Source: Desulfobacteraceae bacterium
GTDB taxonomy: Bacteria; Desulfobacterota; DSM-4660; Desulfatiglandales; HGW-15
DNA: 41,019 nt
Assembly (NCBI GenBank): GCA_050122535.1
Contig: JASFIT010000001.1
Location: 1 to 41,019 of the forward strand
Direction: 5' to 3'
Shown: in pieces, positions 39,508-41,019 of the stretch
How the letters are laid out: every line of letters begins with the position of its first letter
Numbering within the stretch: position 1 is the first letter of the stretch
The notes under the pieces: model-generated
Databases searched by the model: none
What the model saw: the letters and a program-made list of their open reading frames with translations, nothing else
Told to the model about the DNA's origin: nothing
Position numbers and translations under genes: made by a program

Positions 39508-40583
39508 TGAGTACATTTCCTGAAGCTAATGCGATCATTTACTGCGAGGGTATGTTTACAACAACCAATGGGAAAACAGCGCATGGTTTGGTCCGCCGAA
39601 CTGAGCGTTACAGAGTACTCTCCGTGGTGGACTCTCGAAATGCAGGAAAGGACGCAGGTATGATCCTAGATGGAAAGTCCAAAGGGATACCCATCTATGA
39701 GAATATCCAGCAGGCTATTGATGACGCCAGGGCAAGAAACCAGACAGCTACCCATCTTGTGATTGGATTGGCTCCAGACGGTGGTCGCCTCAGCGCCAAG
39801 GCTAGGCGTGACGTGATCAAAGGGATTAAGCTTGGACTTCACGTGGATTCGGGTCTCCATGACTTCCTAACAGATGATGTGAAGATCAACAGGCTGGCTA
39901 CAAAGCACGGTGTTATAATTCGCGACGTACGAAAACCACCTCCCCGTTCTGAACTTCATTTCTTCACAGGCAAGATTGAACAGGTAGATTCCTTGAAGGT
40001 TGCGCTCCTGGGCACGGACTCAGCCATCGGGAAGCGTACCACGGCCTGGATTCTTTTGGATGCCTTGAGAGCGGCAGGATATGATGCCGAATTGGTTGGA
40101 ACTGGACAGACGTCGTGGATGCAGGGTGCGCGTTACGGAATCATCCTCGACTCTCTGATCAACGATTTCGTATCTGGAGAAATAGAGCATACTATATGGG
40201 CCGCATGGAAAGATATGCAGCCTGAGGTCATCATTATTGAAGGACAAGGGAGTCTTATGAATCCTGCTTATCCTGGGGGATTCGAGATCCTGGCCGCGGG
40301 TAGACCGGATGTAGTCATCCTTCAGCACGCACCAGCAAGAAAAGAATATGATGGTTTCCCGGGTTATCCTCTTCACCCTCTGAAAAAACAGATTCAAGCA
40401 ATTGAACTCCTCTCCGGGAAGCCAGTGGTGGCCATTACCATAAACCATGAAGACCTGGACAAGAAAAGTGTCACTTCCGTCTGTCAGGAGATTACGCAAG
40501 AGACAGGTCTGCCAGCCTGCGATGTGCTTTTATCAGGCGCTGACCCGGTGGTTGACGCCTTAAGGCCCTATATCAAGACATGA
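39504..40583 (+). CDS. DUF1611-family protein (DgcN-like, P-loop-containing)
   Basis: 359 aa. AIIYCEGMFTTTNGKTAHGLVR and LGTDSAIGKRTTA (P-loop-like) match my recollection of DUF1611. ATGA overlap with the PLP gene. Confidence 0.6.
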   Translation: MMSTFPEANAIIYCEGMFTTTNGKTAHGLVRRTERYRVLSVVDSRNAGKDAGMILDGKSKGIPIYENIQQAIDDARARNQTATHLVIGLAPDGGRLSAKARRDVIKGIKLGLHVDSGLHDFLTDDVKINRLATKHGVIIRDVRKPPPRSELHFFTGKIEQVDSLKVALLGTDSAIGKRTTAWILLDALRAAGYDAELVGTGQTSWMQGARYGIILDSLINDFVSGEIEHTIWAAWKDMQPEVIIIEGQGSLMNPAYPGGFEILAAGRPDVVILQHAPARKEYDGFPGYPLHPLKKQIQAIELLSGKPVVAITINHEDLDKKSVTSVCQEITQETGLPACDVLLSGADPVVDALRPYIKT

Positions 40584-40648
40584 AAGGTTAGGAGTCCATA
40601 TTGAAAAACAAAACTAAAGACATTGCCTCCGGCTCGCAAGGAGATCCA

Positions 40649-41019
40649 ATGGAAATTCTAGGTGTCATTCAAAGGCTCGAGGTGGGACCTATACGGTTAG
40701 AAAAGCGGCGCCTAATAGCCCCTTACACTGTGACCCAGAATGGACAAGTGGATTCCACGGAACTCATCTATCGATTTGAAGAGGATGTCTTTAAATCAGA
40801 CGAGCCAGAATCTCTTAATCTCGCGAGCATGATCTCTGCCCAAGTGGCCTTAAACTACGGTCTTTTCTCTGATGAGATGGTTTTTCATGGTTGGTTTGAG
40901 GATGCTGACCAGCGATTTCTCCGGGGGATGGCAGAAAATACGGCCCGTGAGATTTTTGTGAAGAAATTTCTGGAACCAAATCCCTTTCTTCGAAGACCTG
41001 CAGGAGAGCTTTCAGCGGT
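40649..41019 (+). CDS. Hypothetical protein, 5' part only (open to the window end)
   Basis: ATG 40649 lies 5 nt after AAGGAG. Translation begins MEILGVIQRLEVGPIRLEKRRLIAPYTVTQNGQ... and has no stop before position 41019. Not in the ORF track because it is unterminated. Confidence 0.5.
   Translation, partial: MEILGVIQRLEVGPIRLEKRRLIAPYTVTQNGQVDSTELIYRFEEDVFKSDEPESLNLASMISAQVALNYGLFSDEMVFHGWFEDADQRFLRGMAENTAREIFVKKFLEPNPFLRRPAGELSA

Overview
This is a 41 kb window from an anaerobe-type genome. The gene content (Hdr-like complex with a selenocysteine HdrA, 2-oxoacid:ferredoxin oxidoreductase, clostridial-type Etf, Hyp maturases, sigma-54 activator) suggests a Desulfobacterota-like organism, but taxonomy cannot be confirmed from the sequence alone. 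Order of content: (1) 1-4.3 kb, minus strand: an Hdr-like redox operon of an HdrD-like protein, a membrane cytochrome-b-like/poly-ferredoxin fusion, HdrB, and HdrA with an in-frame TGA (Sec). (2) 4.9-7.5 kb: a four-subunit 2-oxoacid:ferredoxin oxidoreductase (delta-alpha-beta-gamma). (3) 8-11.3 kb: acyl-CoA dehydrogenase plus EtfB/EtfA, separated by REP/MITE-like repeats. (4) 11.8-12.4 kb: a REP-associated tyrosine transposase (RAYT) with flanking REP hairpins. (5) 13.8-18.5 kb: hypA-hypB-hypF-hypD, with heptamer tandem-repeat arrays filling the intergenic gaps. (6) 18.6-23.3 kb: a kinase-like protein, two Fur paralogs (one fused to FeoA), and an SLC13 permease with four TrkA-C domains. (7) 23.4-37.9 kb is the most interesting part. 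It looks like a sigma-54-dependent stress regulon. An orphan NtrC-type activator gene (28395..29792) is surrounded by four near-consensus -24/-12 promoters, in front of hsp20, an MBL-fold hydrolase, and two operons of small proteins. Nine copies of a 17-bp palindrome, cgGAAC-N5-GTTCcg, lie in the same intergenic regions. At three promoters a copy is centred 63-64 bp upstream of the -24 GG, and one copy sits inside the spacer of the activator gene's own sigma-70-like promoter. The apparent regulon includes three paralogous small acidic proteins of a family I do not recognise, a DUF418 membrane protein, a zinc ribbon, a Usp protein, a zinc-independent-type DksA (CxxT/CxxA), and possibly groESL. 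(8) 38-41 kb: an FmdB zinc ribbon and a PLP-enzyme/DUF1611/unknown cassette. Two neighbouring genes near 27.0-27.9 kb (CBS-ACT and STAS-like) appear frameshifted. No rRNA, tRNA or CRISPR was seen.
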